NCBI GenBank assembly: GCA_022711495.1
Contig: JAKLEX010000001.1
Span: 502,882 to 554,705, forward strand
From: Patescibacteria group bacterium
GTDB taxonomy: Bacteria > Patescibacteriota > Minisyncoccia > Phycocordibacterales > JAACPR01
Reading direction: 5' to 3'
Length of the DNA stretch: 51,824 nt
Under the pieces are notes generated by a model. The model searched no databases and was not told the origin of the DNA. It saw nothing but the letters and a program-made list of their open reading frames with translations. Position 1 is the first letter of the stretch. Every line of letters starts with the position of its first letter. The translations under genes and the position numbers were made by a program. Of this stretch, positions 39,675 through 49,982 are shown piece after piece.

Positions 39675-40422
39675 AAAGCGGAATTATCTCAAACCGAAAT
39701 AACGGCTTGGAAAATTTTTGCGGCCAAGTGAAGATGAAGTCGACCGACTGATCTTTTCCGATAGATTCAAAAAATGTTCTGGAAGCGGCGCTGGCGTTAC
39801 CGTTAGAATCATAGATGATGGCAACAGCCGAGATGTCGTCTAGCGGGTAAAGAGAAGTGTTGGTCAAAACTCCTGATATTCTAGGCAGGCCGTCCACTTC
39901 AAAATATCGCTCTCCACTGACAACCAGAGCCGGATCGCGAGGAGTTTCCTTTGTCCAAGTCAGATCTCCGATAAATGCAAAAGCGGAACGGACAGCGGTT
40001 AATTTGCCGGTATTTAGCGCGCCCTCAACTACCGGTATTATCTCTTTCGGACGGATGCTGACATAACCTTTACGTTCGGTTAGCACGACGTTCTTTTCGT
40101 CGTACAGCTTGAAAATGTAATCGGCCCGGCCAACTCCGGCGGAGGTGTTAAGGTTTTCAATATAAGCGATAACATTGTATATCCCCGGAACAATCTCAAA
40201 ATGTCGCACCCAATGAATAACCGGAGAGACGATTTCGTCGTCACAAAATAGTTGGCAGGAACCGCCGCAATCAACTCCGGTTTCGTCGCCGTTTCTTTTT
40301 CCGTCAAAACAAGTTGGATCCTGACTAAAATATAAGAATAAATAGTAACCAGCGACAATTAATAAAATCAATATAACAAAACTTATAAACCTGTTTCGAC
40401 GTTCTGTTCCCCAAGATGTCAT
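39658..40422 (-). CDS. Membrane-anchored protein with a Cys module and Ig-like domains, overlapping rodA
   Basis: TM followed by PTCFDGKRNGDETGVDCGGSC and beta-rich domains. Confidence 0.7.
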   Translation of the reverse strand: MTSWGTERRNRFISFVILILLIVAGYYLFLYFSQDPTCFDGKRNGDETGVDCGGSCQLFCDDEIVSPVIHWVRHFEIVPGIYNVIAYIENLNTSAGVGRADYIFKLYDEKNVVLTERKGYVSIRPKEIIPVVEGALNTGKLTAVRSAFAFIGDLTWTKETPRDPALVVSGERYFEVDGLPRISGVLTNTSLYPLDDISAVAIIYDSNGNASAASRTFFESIGKDQSVDFIFTWPQKFSKPLFRFEIIPLYDTSR

Positions 40423-40535
40423 GGTAAGTAGATTATAACAAAAAAGTTCTGAAAAGACTTTTTGAGGTCCCCCGCAGATCTTTCCGTCGCAACCTCTCAG
40501 ATCTTTACAAACAAAGACCTCTTTCTTTCAAACCG

Positions 40536-41474
40536 CTATATCTCCTTAAAACTTTCTGAACCTGCGTCAAAGACAAACTTCCCATCTCTGCCTTGAAGCC
40601 ACGTATCCCGTCGACTTTCAATCGTCGCCATCGATGAATTAATATCCCATTTGATAGTATCAAAATTTATATCTGTATCTTTGTTTAAATTTACAAAGGT
40701 CTCTAAATTGATAAGGGAGTAGAAATAATACTCAAACCCATAAGTTCTAAATGAAACATATTTTCCGTCAGGAGAAAAAGTAATTGAATCAAAGTTGTAC
40801 AGACAAACATTTTTTTCATCTAAAGTTTTTATGCCGCCTGAATTATCCATAAACAAAAGTTTAATGTAAGAAGAAAGATATCGGTCGGGCAAATCACCAG
40901 TTTCATTTGGTTTTGTAATACATTCGAGGACATATTCTTCGTTGTCGGTTCGTACCACCAAAATTTTATTTCCAGTCTCCCGATGGACGATCTCTTGTTC
41001 TATATGAGTTTTGTCACTAAAAACCGGGGTCTCGTTTTCTGTTTCACATTCCTCTTCCCAGCTTCTCAGACATTTGTTTTTCACCTCACACCAAGTATAC
41101 CCTGCGGAACCAATGCAACCGTGTTCGTCCTTATCGCCGCCGACGACAGAATTGTCGGCCGCATTATTGGTATCAAAAATAACCCCGTCTGCTGTGTTTA
41201 TTCTGTAGTACATATAAATCCCCGCCACCAATAAAGAGACGATAAGAAACAAGATAAAGACCGTTATAACTTTTGTGAGTTTACTTGTGACAACCAGTAG
41301 CTCACTTTCTTGATTACAGTTTTTACATTTTGCCCTTATGGATGTCTGGAACGGCCAAATTGGATAGGTCCAAATAAGCCCACGATTTATTCCGTTCACC
41401 CCCTTGGTTTTCGACGCCCTTATAAAACCGGCCTCAAACTCTTTGTTACAATTTACGCATCTTAAAATAGACAT
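40536..41474 (-). CDS. Hypothetical: Zn-ribbon-like N-terminus, TM, GGDKDEHGC Cys module, beta-rich C-terminus
   Basis: CxxC...CxxC; VGGDKDEHGCIGSAGYTWCEVKNKCLRSWEEEC; ITFSPDGKYVSF. Confidence 0.65.
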   Translation of the reverse strand: MSILRCVNCNKEFEAGFIRASKTKGVNGINRGLIWTYPIWPFQTSIRAKCKNCNQESELLVVTSKLTKVITVFILFLIVSLLVAGIYMYYRINTADGVIFDTNNAADNSVVGGDKDEHGCIGSAGYTWCEVKNKCLRSWEEECETENETPVFSDKTHIEQEIVHRETGNKILVVRTDNEEYVLECITKPNETGDLPDRYLSSYIKLLFMDNSGGIKTLDEKNVCLYNFDSITFSPDGKYVSFRTYGFEYYFYSLINLETFVNLNKDTDINFDTIKWDINSSMATIESRRDTWLQGRDGKFVFDAGSESFKEI

Positions 41475-41486
41475 GTGTTTACCTGG

Positions 41487-41957
41487 TTAATTATTGATAA
41501 TATTTTTTCTAATCTTTTTGATAATCAGGCCAACGATCACTCCATAAATCATTCCACTTATGATCATTAGTGGCGTTGATAAAAGTAACCCCAGGAACAT
41601 ACCAATCTCTTCTCCAATCAGACCGCTGAGGGCTGTTAATAAAGGATAGAACCAAGATGTCGGTAATGAGAGGACGTACCAAATCCATGATGGAATCGGA
41701 ATATTAACAAAAAATGCTCCTGAACCCACTATTAGACCAATTATTGCTCCAATTAATGTTGTTACAAAAATAATTTTATTCTTTTTCCAAACAAACCCTA
41801 AAAATGCCCCGATTAGTAAACCGATGATAATTTCAAGAATCATAAAAACGGAGTAAAAAAGTAAATCACCAGACATCCAACCAAATCCGATAATATAGGC
41901 AGGAAACAAGGCCAACGCACCGACTAAAGCCCCAACAATTATTGATTTATTTTTCAT
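41487..41957 (-). CDS. Hypothetical multi-TM Gly-rich membrane protein
   Basis: 156 aa, about 4-5 hydrophobic segments; TATAAT 8 nt upstream of ATG. Confidence 0.65.
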   Translation of the reverse strand: MKNKSIIVGALVGALALFPAYIIGFGWMSGDLLFYSVFMILEIIIGLLIGAFLGFVWKKNKIIFVTTLIGAIIGLIVGSGAFFVNIPIPSWIWYVLSLPTSWFYPLLTALSGLIGEEIGMFLGLLLSTPLMIISGMIYGVIVGLIIKKIRKNIINN

Positions 41958-41977
41958 TTGTAGAAATTATACCAAAA

Positions 41978-42116
41978 AATCTTCACAAAAACTTTTGATA
42001 GACTTTCGCAGGACGATTTTGCAAGGTTTCGCCGAAGGCGGAAAAATCGTCCGGGAACAGCGCGGCCGCTCGCTGGATCGGCTGACGCGGATTTCGAAAA
42101 AGTGTTTGTGAAGATT
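41978..42116. repeat. Structured intergenic repeat, copy B (inverted relative to copy A)
   Basis: Core 42004-42085; closed by a different 12-bp stem AATCTTCACAAA / TTTGTGAAGATT. Confidence 0.85.
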
Positions 42117-42135
42117 GTTTATGGTTATTCAATAC

Positions 42136-42250
42136 CTTGTCCTGGCGACTAGCTACTCTCCCTTTTACAGTACCATCGCCGCTACGGTGCTTGACTGCCG
42201 TGTTCGGAATGAGAACGGGTATTTCCACCGCGCTAAATCACCAGAACAAG
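42136..42250 (-). rRNA. rrf: 5S rRNA
   Basis: CCCGTTCTCATTCCGAACACGGCAGTCAAG...GATGGTAC...GAGAGTAG motif; terminal stem CTTGTTCTGG / CCAGGACAAG. Confidence 0.93.
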
Positions 42251-42614
42251 ACACTGAATTTTATACAATCGGGAAATTGTATTTCCACGAAACAAATCTT
42301 AGAAAAGTCTGATTTCTAGATTTCCTAATGAGATCGATTAATTAGTACGCCTTGGCTGAACACATTACTGTGCTTACACCTAGCGCCTATCAACGTAGTA
42401 ATCTCCTACGGATCTCAAACGATTCCTAATCTTGGGGCTAGCTTCATGCTTAGATGCTTTCAGCATTTATCTAAACCCGACATAGCTACAGAGCAATGCT
42501 CTTGGCAGAACAGCTCTCACACCAGAGGTCGGTTCACCTCGGTCCTCTCGTACTAGAGGCAACCCCCCGCAAGAATCAACGCCTACAGCAGATAGAGAAC
42601 CAACCTGTCTCACG

Positions 42615-43046
42615 CATGCCAATCACCTGTTGCCAGATGCATCGGACTAGATCTTCGCTTTTCACAAAAAATTGCCAACTTCGTGAAAGGCAGCCGGTTA
42701 TTAGTCTCTACGGGTCTGTGATGATTTCAAATGAATATCACTCCCCTCGGAATTGTCTTCGGTTCATTTCGTAAATCTATAAATTATAGATAGCGAAACT
42801 TGCTAAAGATTTTCCCGATATTAACCGACTTTTTCTTTCTTTGTTTGTTTGAGCGCTTGCGCGCGTCACAAAGAAGACCGCCGTGAATATTGATTTTCTA
42901 CACATGTTTACTCAACATGTTTTAGACAAAAAGACCTAAACATAATAACACTTCTTCTACATTCGAATTCGATGTTCGTATTGGTTTGATAACTCGCCTC
43001 TAGGATTCAGATTGGTTCATGAGCCGAAAAAATTTTCCGCTCATGA
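42615..43046 (-). other. Group I intron at 23S position 2593 (432 nt, no homing endonuclease ORF)
   Basis: Exon ...CAGACCGU | intron ...GCAUG | CGUGAGAC. P AAUAUCGGGAA, Q AAUUCCGAGG, R GUAGAGACUA, S AAGAUCUAGUCC; P3 GUCGGUUA/UAACCGGC; IGS UUCACG-GCGGUCU gives the U.G splice pair and P10; GCAA-capped P9. Confidence 0.92.
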
Positions 43047-43709
43047 ACGGTCTGAACCCAGCTCACGTAACTTTTTAATTGGCGAACAGCCAAACCCTTG
43101 GGACCTTCTCCAGCCCCAGGATAAGTTGAGCCGACATCGAGGTGCCGAACACTACCGTCGATATGAACTCTTAGGTAGTACCAGCCTGTTATCCCCAGGG
43201 TAACTTTTATCCGTTAATCTCTGGCCGCGTCTAAAGCGTACCATCGGTTCACTATGTTCTGCTTTCGCACCTGCTCGTCATGCACGACTTGCAGTCAAGC
43301 CAGCTTGTGCCATTACACTATCGGCACGATTTCCATCCGCGCCTAGCTGACCTTAATAAACTCCTCCGTTACTCTTTAGGAGGATAGCGCCCCACCAAAA
43401 CTACCCACCAGACACTGTTCCGCGCCGTTTTTGCCGGCGAGGTTAGATTGTACATTTTTACAGAACGGTATTTCACTGACGACTCCACTTTTCCCAAAAG
43501 AAAAGCTTCAAAGTCTCCCGTCTATGCTACGCAGTAAAAACGTACAGCCAATGCCAAGTTGTAGTAAAGCTCCTGGGGTCTTTCTGTCTTGCTGCAGGAA
43601 GGCGGCATCTTCACCGCCATTGTATTTTCACCGAGCAAGTCCTCGAGACAGTTCCCCAGTCGTTACACCATTCGTGCGCGTCTGAACTTACCAGACAAGG
43701 AATTTCGCT

Positions 43710-43954
<245 letters not shown>

Positions 43955-44787
43955 CGGGGCTTATATCAGTCAGCACCAAACATTTTAGAAACGAATTTCT
44001 TCGCGCCCAAAATGTTTGGCACCGCCGATATTTGACCTTCCGGCATTGGTCAGGTGTCGCCCTCTATACATCATCTTACGACTTCGCAGAGAGCTGTGTT
44101 TTTGGTAAACAGTCGCCAGGGATTCTTTAGCTGCGGCCCCATAACTTAATACAGGGCAGGCCTTATCGCTAACTTACGGCCGCTTTTTTGCCGAGTTCCT
44201 TGAGGACCTCTCACTCGTTCGCCTTAGTCTTCTCGACCAAACTACCTGTGTCGGTTTACGGTACGGATTGTTTTAAATTAAGCTTAGAAGTTTTTCTGGG
44301 AAGCCTTTTTTATTCTGTCTCTCTTGGCGAACCGCAAGATTCTGATATCGAATCGGCCTGATGTCTTCCGGATTTTCCTAGAAGACAGCCTCTCGACTTC
44401 AACCCAAATCCAATAATGGGCAGAACATAATAGACTCCGTCACTCCATCGCATCTAAAACAAGTACTGGAATATTAACCAGTTATCCATCGGGTTCGGCT
44501 TTCGCCATCCCCTTAGGACCGACTAACCCTTCGCTGATTGTCATTGCAAAGGAACCCTTAGTTTTTCGGCGTGCGGGGTTTTCACCCGCATTGTGGTTAC
44601 TCGTGCCAACATTCTTACTTCATAACGCTCCACCATGGGTCACCCCTTTGGCTTCAACGCGGATATGAATACTCTCCTACCGCTCGCACTTTTCCGAAGA
44701 AAAATACAAGCCCTCAGCTTCGGTACTATACTTAGCCCCGATTATCTGCGGCGCGGAATCTCTTGACGAGTGAGCTGTTACGCTATC

Positions 44788-44819
<32 letters not shown>

Positions 44820-45393
44820 TCGTTGTATAAGAAATTCCACCTCCTTAAGTGCACTTAGTATAAATTTTGGGACCTTAGCTTGAGATCTGGACTGTTTTCC
44901 TTTTGACCGACGAACCTTAGCGCCCGTAGTCTTACTGCCAAGCTCTAACTTTGGGTATTCGGAGTTTGGTAGGCGAGATGAGATTTCTCCCTATTCTAAC
45001 CTTCCAGTGCTCTACCCCCCAAAGGAACACTTGACGCTATACCAAAATATATTTCGGAGAGAACCAGCTATTTCCAAGTTCGATTAGCTTTTCACTACGA
45101 CCCACAAGTCATCCGAGCGAGTTGAACAACACACCGGTTCGGGCCTCCTCTGATATTTCTATCAGATTCACCCTGCTCATGGGTAGATCACTTGGTTTCG
45201 GGTCTGATACGTTATACATTTGTTCGCGCTATTAACACTCGGTTTCCCTAAAGCTCCGTCCCATAGGACTTAGCTTGCAAAACGCATCAACTCGTTGGCT
45301 CATTCTTCAATAGGCACACCGTCGAGGTATTGCTACCTCTTCGATTCCTTGTAGACATATGGATTCAGGTCTATTTCACCGCCCTAATCGGGC

Positions 45394-45435
<42 letters not shown>

Positions 45436-46232
45436 TAAAAGAATATTTAGCCTTGCCGGTTAGTTCCGGCAGCTTCACCCGAGCTATTCGTGTCTCGAGA
45501 TACTCAAGAGCTGAAACAAAAGAGAGAATTTGCTTTCATCTACAGGACTATTACCTTTTGTAGTATTTCTTTCCAGAAATTTCGATTAACAAACTCCTTT
45601 GTAACTCTTCTCGTGCAAGCACGACGTTTCAGTCTTACAACCCTCATCCCCCACCATCTAATAAAAGATAGCTTTTTGGGATAAGTTTGGGCTTCTTCCT
45701 TTTCGCTCGCCGCTACTAAGGAAATATTTCTCTACTAATGCAGAGATTGTTTTCTTTTCCTCTAGGTACTGAGATGTTTCACTTCCCTAGGTTTGCTCCT
45801 TCTGGTCAAGCCAGAAGGTGCCGCACAAAATGCGGCGGGTTTCCCCATTCGGACATCTTCGGATAAAAAGTTGCTATACACTTCCCCGAAGCTTATCGCA
45901 GCTATGCTACGTCCTTCATCGCTTCTTTTAGCCAAGGCATCCACCATACGCCCTTAGATTCCCATTAGGAAATCTAAAAACCACTTAACTTTTCTACTGT
46001 TTGTTTGTGAAAATACAATTTCCTGATTGTATTTACAATTATTCAATTTTCAAATAACAGTCGTCCCGATTTTTCTCATTCCGTACCCAGCATCCCAAAC
46101 TAGTCGCCTAATTCGGGACTCTCGATAAAGAAAGACCGCTTCGTCTGAAGCGGCCAGTTCTCGCGTACGCGTTAAAATCACGTTCAGACTGGCCGTTTCA
46201 AACTTAGATTTTCCCTCATATTTGTAGGAACG

Positions 46233-46260
46233 ATTATACACCCCGCGAAAAAGAAGTCAA
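46233..46260 (-). promoter_or_regulatory. 23S-5S promoter
   Basis: TTGACT-N16-TATAAT, same hexamers and spacing as the 16S promoter; boxA-like TTTGAAAATTGAATA at 46054-46040. Confidence 0.75.
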
Positions 46261-46295
46261 CAGTTTTTACGGCTTCTGGGGAAAAGTCTAAAGAA

Positions 46296-46331
46296 AAACA
46301 AAAACCGCCCTTATTTGGAGCGGTTTCTGTT
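46296..46331 (-). terminator. Terminator downstream of the TM-repeat gene
   Basis: AAACCGC...GCGGTTT hairpin followed on the minus strand by a T-tract. Confidence 0.55.
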
Positions 46332-46350
46332 GAAATCAGAATAAGAGAAA

Positions 46351-47055
46351 TTAATCTCTTTCTGAAACTTCGCGGCCAACTCTTTCAATAAGTCGAGCGG
46401 CGGCGTCTTTGCCTCCAAGACCAAAGGCCAAACCAACGGCCAAAGCGATACCCCAAAGAATTGGCATCAAGAAAATGCTGATAATAGCATCTTCCAAGAT
46501 TCCAACTTTGACGATCGCCGTCGTGATAGCAACAATCCAAATCGCCCACTTAGTGATTGATCCTAGAAAGTTCGCGGCTTTTAATTCCGCGGCCTTTGCC
46601 GTTGCGATGACTGCCTTTTTCAAGACATCAGCAACAATAACCGCGATCAAGACAATCAAGACCGCCGCGATTACGCGAGGTATATAGTTAACAACCGTGT
46701 CAGTCAAAAACGCATTAACGTCCGTCAAACCTAGAACGTTAAAAGCGGCAATCAAGAAGACAACGATCGTGAACCATTTAACAAGCTCACCGATAAAACG
46801 ACCGGAGTTTAATTGGAAACCGGCTTTTTGCAACAAATCACCAAGTCCAGCTGAACTTAGTGCTTTGTCTAATTTAACCGCTCGAACAATTTGAGCGATC
46901 ACTTTTGCCAAAGCGGCGCCAACTAACCAACCAATGATAACGATGATGATCGCAATGATAATCTGGGGCAAAACAGCCACAACACCTCTCCAGACATCAA
47001 CGAAAGAATCTCGCAAGATATCGGTCAGCACGTCAACTGAATTAACATCATTCAT
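46351..47055 (-). CDS. TM-helix-repeat membrane protein (MscS N-terminal/CmpX-like)
   Basis: Two LPQIIIA/IPRVIAA repeats; C-terminal AVGLAFGLGGKDAA. Confidence 0.75.
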   Translation of the reverse strand: MNDVNSVDVLTDILRDSFVDVWRGVVAVLPQIIIAIIIVIIGWLVGAALAKVIAQIVRAVKLDKALSSAGLGDLLQKAGFQLNSGRFIGELVKWFTIVVFLIAAFNVLGLTDVNAFLTDTVVNYIPRVIAAVLIVLIAVIVADVLKKAVIATAKAAELKAANFLGSITKWAIWIVAITTAIVKVGILEDAIISIFLMPILWGIALAVGLAFGLGGKDAAARLIERVGREVSERD

Positions 47056-47163
47056 AATTTGAATAAAAAATCTAAGTTATTAATAACTGGCAACACTACT
47101 AAAAGTGTCGCAGATAGAATTATACCACGTTAAGACGAGGGCGGGGATAATTCCTTTCTGTGG

Positions 47164-47775
47164 CTATAAACCTAGCTTATTCACTAGTATCTGATGAGGG
47201 AAGTCAAATATGTCCCTAACCAGGTGATCGTGCAGGTTAACACGATAATCAAAATCTTCTTTATTGAAAACGGCGTAGCGAATTTCTTTGCCAATCTCGG
47301 CCTCAAGATCATTAATGACGGAGCGCATGGCCGATTCTTTTAAATTGTCTGAGACAACCAACAAATCAATTCGGCTGTCATCGGCCTGCAAAAATATTCC
47401 GGAAACTAAAATAAATTTTGGATTGCAAACTTTGTTCAGCTTTTTAACCAAACTATTTTCCTGAAGAGGAATAGTATTGATCAAAATATTTTTCAGATGA
47501 TTCAAAAAAGGAAATTTTTTGTTAAGAATATATCCGGCCTCTCGTTTTTTCTTGTGTCCGGTTTTTAACTGAACAGTTTTGTAAAAAGTAACTTTTTTAA
47601 TCAGCCCGATGTTCACCAGATGCGGAAGTTCTTTCCTAACTGCCGGTTCTGAAATTTTAGTTTTTTTTCTGGCGTCTTCTTTATCAAAAACTTTGTCGGC
47701 ATGAAACAAAAATAACTGCATCAGTTTAACCCTAGCCGCGCCACCAAAAATTTTTTCCAGAACGATAGAGGACAT
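47164..47775 (-). CDS. Winged-HTH plus degenerate nucleotidyltransferase-like domain protein
   Basis: LEKIFGGAARVKLMQLF...VRKELPHLVNIGLI N-domain; SGIF...SRIDLLVV...LEAEIGKEIRY C-domain. Confidence 0.6.
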   Translation of the reverse strand: MSSIVLEKIFGGAARVKLMQLFLFHADKVFDKEDARKKTKISEPAVRKELPHLVNIGLIKKVTFYKTVQLKTGHKKKREAGYILNKKFPFLNHLKNILINTIPLQENSLVKKLNKVCNPKFILVSGIFLQADDSRIDLLVVSDNLKESAMRSVINDLEAEIGKEIRYAVFNKEDFDYRVNLHDHLVRDIFDFPHQILVNKLGL

Positions 47776-47891
47776 AATAAATTATATAGAAATTAAATAA
47801 GTCAGAAGAAAAGACAGGGTTAATACTATGACAAAAACTAAAATAAACTTAAGCGCAGTTTCAGTGAACATAAGGCAACGCTTGAATTATA

Positions 47892-49034
47892 TCAAAAGTT
47901 CCACATTTTATCGCCATTCGGGAAATAGATGGTGATGCTCTCGTCGTGAATCAACCCGGTAGTAGCCTGACTAAGCGCCAATATCTGCCCGCTACTCAAA
48001 ATGGTATCATCGGCCATGACAAATGATTTTCCGCCTTGTTTTATCTCGTATCCGCCGATATTGACCTCTTTCCCGTCATTATTCTTTAACAACAAATCCA
48101 CACCTTTTCCACTATCGGATAGCTCAACTTTGACGTCCGGATCCGAGACGTAAATCTTCGTCCTGGCAACGGCCAAATCTTTACGGAATTTGGCGTTGAC
48201 GACGATGTTGTATTCTCCTGCGCGATCAAAAATATAAGATATTTTCCGTCCGCCCACCTCATGTCCGTCGCCCATTGACCACCGAGCCTTAACTTTTGTG
48301 TTTTCTTCCTGATTGTGGATCAGTTCTAGTTTTATTGGAGAATTTACTGACGCAAGTCTCTCTCGACCGGCGGAGATTTTTAATTTTATCGTCGGTTTAT
48401 AGTTTGATAAGTCTGTTTGCGATTCATGCGAAGATCCGGAGCCGGTTTCGGTTGAAGATCCGGAATCATTGTCTGAATCGTCGGCGCCATCTTCGGAATC
48501 ATCCGAACTTTCGTCAGCGGCTTCGGTAGCATTAATTTCTCCGGGCGTCGGTGGCACCGGAATCCAAACCGAATCATTTAGTTGAAGAGAATTTCCTGTA
48601 TCGTTTCCGCCAAGTTCCGCCGAATATGTCACGGCGTCTTCAACTGCGCCGGCAGAATTAATTAATTTCAATTCCTCGCCGGTATTATTGAGAGAAAAGG
48701 CCGAATCAAAAATCGGCGCGGTAGTTCCCGAAATAAAATTGCTAAAATCGGCCAGAAACTTTTCCGGATTATCGGCGATAACGGCGCGTTGTCCGGCTTC
48801 TAAAATATTCGCGCCAGAATAGGCCGCGATTTTGTGATTAACGGCATTTTCAAATAATTTATAAGTCGTCAAATCAATGGCGCCCGCTCCATCATTGTAG
48901 ACCTCAGCCCATTCCCTGCCGGTATCAGTACCTGGCGGGTTATACATGATTTCGGTAAAGATTACCTGGGCGGAAGCAGCGACCGGCACTAAAAATAATA
49001 AGCAAAGTCCCACGAAAAAATTTTGTGCTCTCAT
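47892..49034 (-). CDS. Secreted lamin-tail-domain protein with acidic linker and PKD-like domain
   Basis: Signal peptide; IFTEIMYNPPGTDTGREWAEVYN; WSMGDG...FDRAGEYNIV. Confidence 0.8.
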   Translation of the reverse strand: MRAQNFFVGLCLLFLVPVAASAQVIFTEIMYNPPGTDTGREWAEVYNDGAGAIDLTTYKLFENAVNHKIAAYSGANILEAGQRAVIADNPEKFLADFSNFISGTTAPIFDSAFSLNNTGEELKLINSAGAVEDAVTYSAELGGNDTGNSLQLNDSVWIPVPPTPGEINATEAADESSDDSEDGADDSDNDSGSSTETGSGSSHESQTDLSNYKPTIKLKISAGRERLASVNSPIKLELIHNQEENTKVKARWSMGDGHEVGGRKISYIFDRAGEYNIVVNAKFRKDLAVARTKIYVSDPDVKVELSDSGKGVDLLLKNNDGKEVNIGGYEIKQGGKSFVMADDTILSSGQILALSQATTGLIHDESITIYFPNGDKMWNF

Positions 49035-49111
49035 GGGAACACTTATAAACCGCCGGCCTTAAATCAGTTTAAAGTTTTAATCAATCCCGCGGGTCTAGTG
49101 AAAAAGAGGTA

Positions 49112-49948
49112 TTACAGACCCCTTAGGAAGAGAGTTTTTGTTTCGTAGCGATTCAACCTAGAAGTATAAGAATTATAATCCGCGTCCGAGTTATCGGTAT
49201 TCCATAAGATTTCGGTTAAAACCATTCTTTGCGCTGTATTGGAAGCACCCGGATCGGCCTCCAACTCAACCATCACAGTAAATTTCTCCGTCTGCCCTCT
49301 AGAAACTTTGTAGTTTCCATTACCTTGTCTTTTTGAAGAAGGCCCGGTGAAAGAAGAAGAGGTGGAAAAATTAGCCAAGGATTCGCTGAATTCATAACTG
49401 GCGCCTCCGATATACAAGTCGTCATCGCCAGCCGTCACTTCAAAATTTATCTCAAAGTGACCTATGTCTCCTTCGCCGGCTTCATCGGCCATAAAAACTT
49501 CATAAGTGTCATCTTCATCGTTGATAGAAAATTCGCGCGACGTGCCGGAATTGTCGTCATCGTCGTCGTCTTCGTCATCATCCTCGTCATCCTCATCATC
49601 CTCGTTGTCATCTCCATCATCAGTAACTATCGAAACGCCAGCTGCCACAACGGCAGCTCTCGTGATAGGACCGAAGTATCCAGCGGCTGGTGCAATGCCA
49701 CTAGCAGCTTGGTATGAAGCCAAGGCAGCTTGTGTCAAAGAACCAAAGTATCCCATTGATACGCCGGCTGGCATAACAAGGTAACCCTTTGATACTAAGA
49801 AAGCTTGCAATTCAGCTACATCAGATCCTGTTGATCCGATGGTTAAATCTCTTGTGTAAGCAGCGTCAGCGGCTGGAATTGCAACTACTGCTAGTGCAAC
49901 GACAGCTACGAGTACTGCTAAACTCTTTACCCAGATTTTCATTTTCAT
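49112..49948 (-). CDS. Peptidoglycan-binding-domain surface protein, short paralogue
   Basis: Signal peptide, RDLTIGSTGSDVAELQAFL...GYFGSLTQAAL...GYFGPITRA, D/E-run linker and one C-terminal beta domain. Confidence 0.8.
   Translation of the reverse strand: MKMKIWVKSLAVLVAVVALAVVAIPAADAAYTRDLTIGSTGSDVAELQAFLVSKGYLVMPAGVSMGYFGSLTQAALASYQAASGIAPAAGYFGPITRAAVVAAGVSIVTDDGDDNEDDEDDEDDDEDDDDDDNSGTSREFSINDEDDTYEVFMADEAGEGDIGHFEINFEVTAGDDDLYIGGASYEFSESLANFSTSSSFTGPSSKRQGNGNYKVSRGQTEKFTVMVELEADPGASNTAQRMVLTEILWNTDNSDADYNSYTSRLNRYETKTLFLRGL
49649..49916. repeat. 268-bp exact direct repeat, copy 1 (copy 2 = 51557-51824, runs off the window)
   Basis: Base-by-base identity at an offset of 1908 nt. Confidence 0.9.
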
Positions 49949-49982
49949 ATTATATATAATAGTATCAGAACGCGATAAATAC

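Noticed and set aside
40445-40530. Third copy of the 33.5k/42.0k repeat element
   Set aside because: It has some dyad symmetry (GAGGTC/GACCTC) but no sequence similarity to the 82-nt core; probably a terminator-like region.
42590-42604. Apparent one-nt insertion near 23S 2610-2613 (GGUUCUCUAUC versus E. coli GGUCCCUAUC)
   Set aside because: A by-eye alignment cannot place it reliably, and a lineage variant or sequencing error cannot be excluded. It needs a structural alignment before claiming any exit-tunnel or antibiotic effect.
42882-43046. Homing endonuclease remnant in the L2593 intron loop
   Set aside because: The frames I translated are short and stop-interrupted, with no LAGLIDADG, GIY-YIG or HNH motif.
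45968-46230. tRNA-Ala in the 23S leader (or tRNA in the 16S trailer 31560-31757)
   Set aside because: Hairpins are present but there is no cloverleaf or T-loop motif; interpreted as processing and leader structures.
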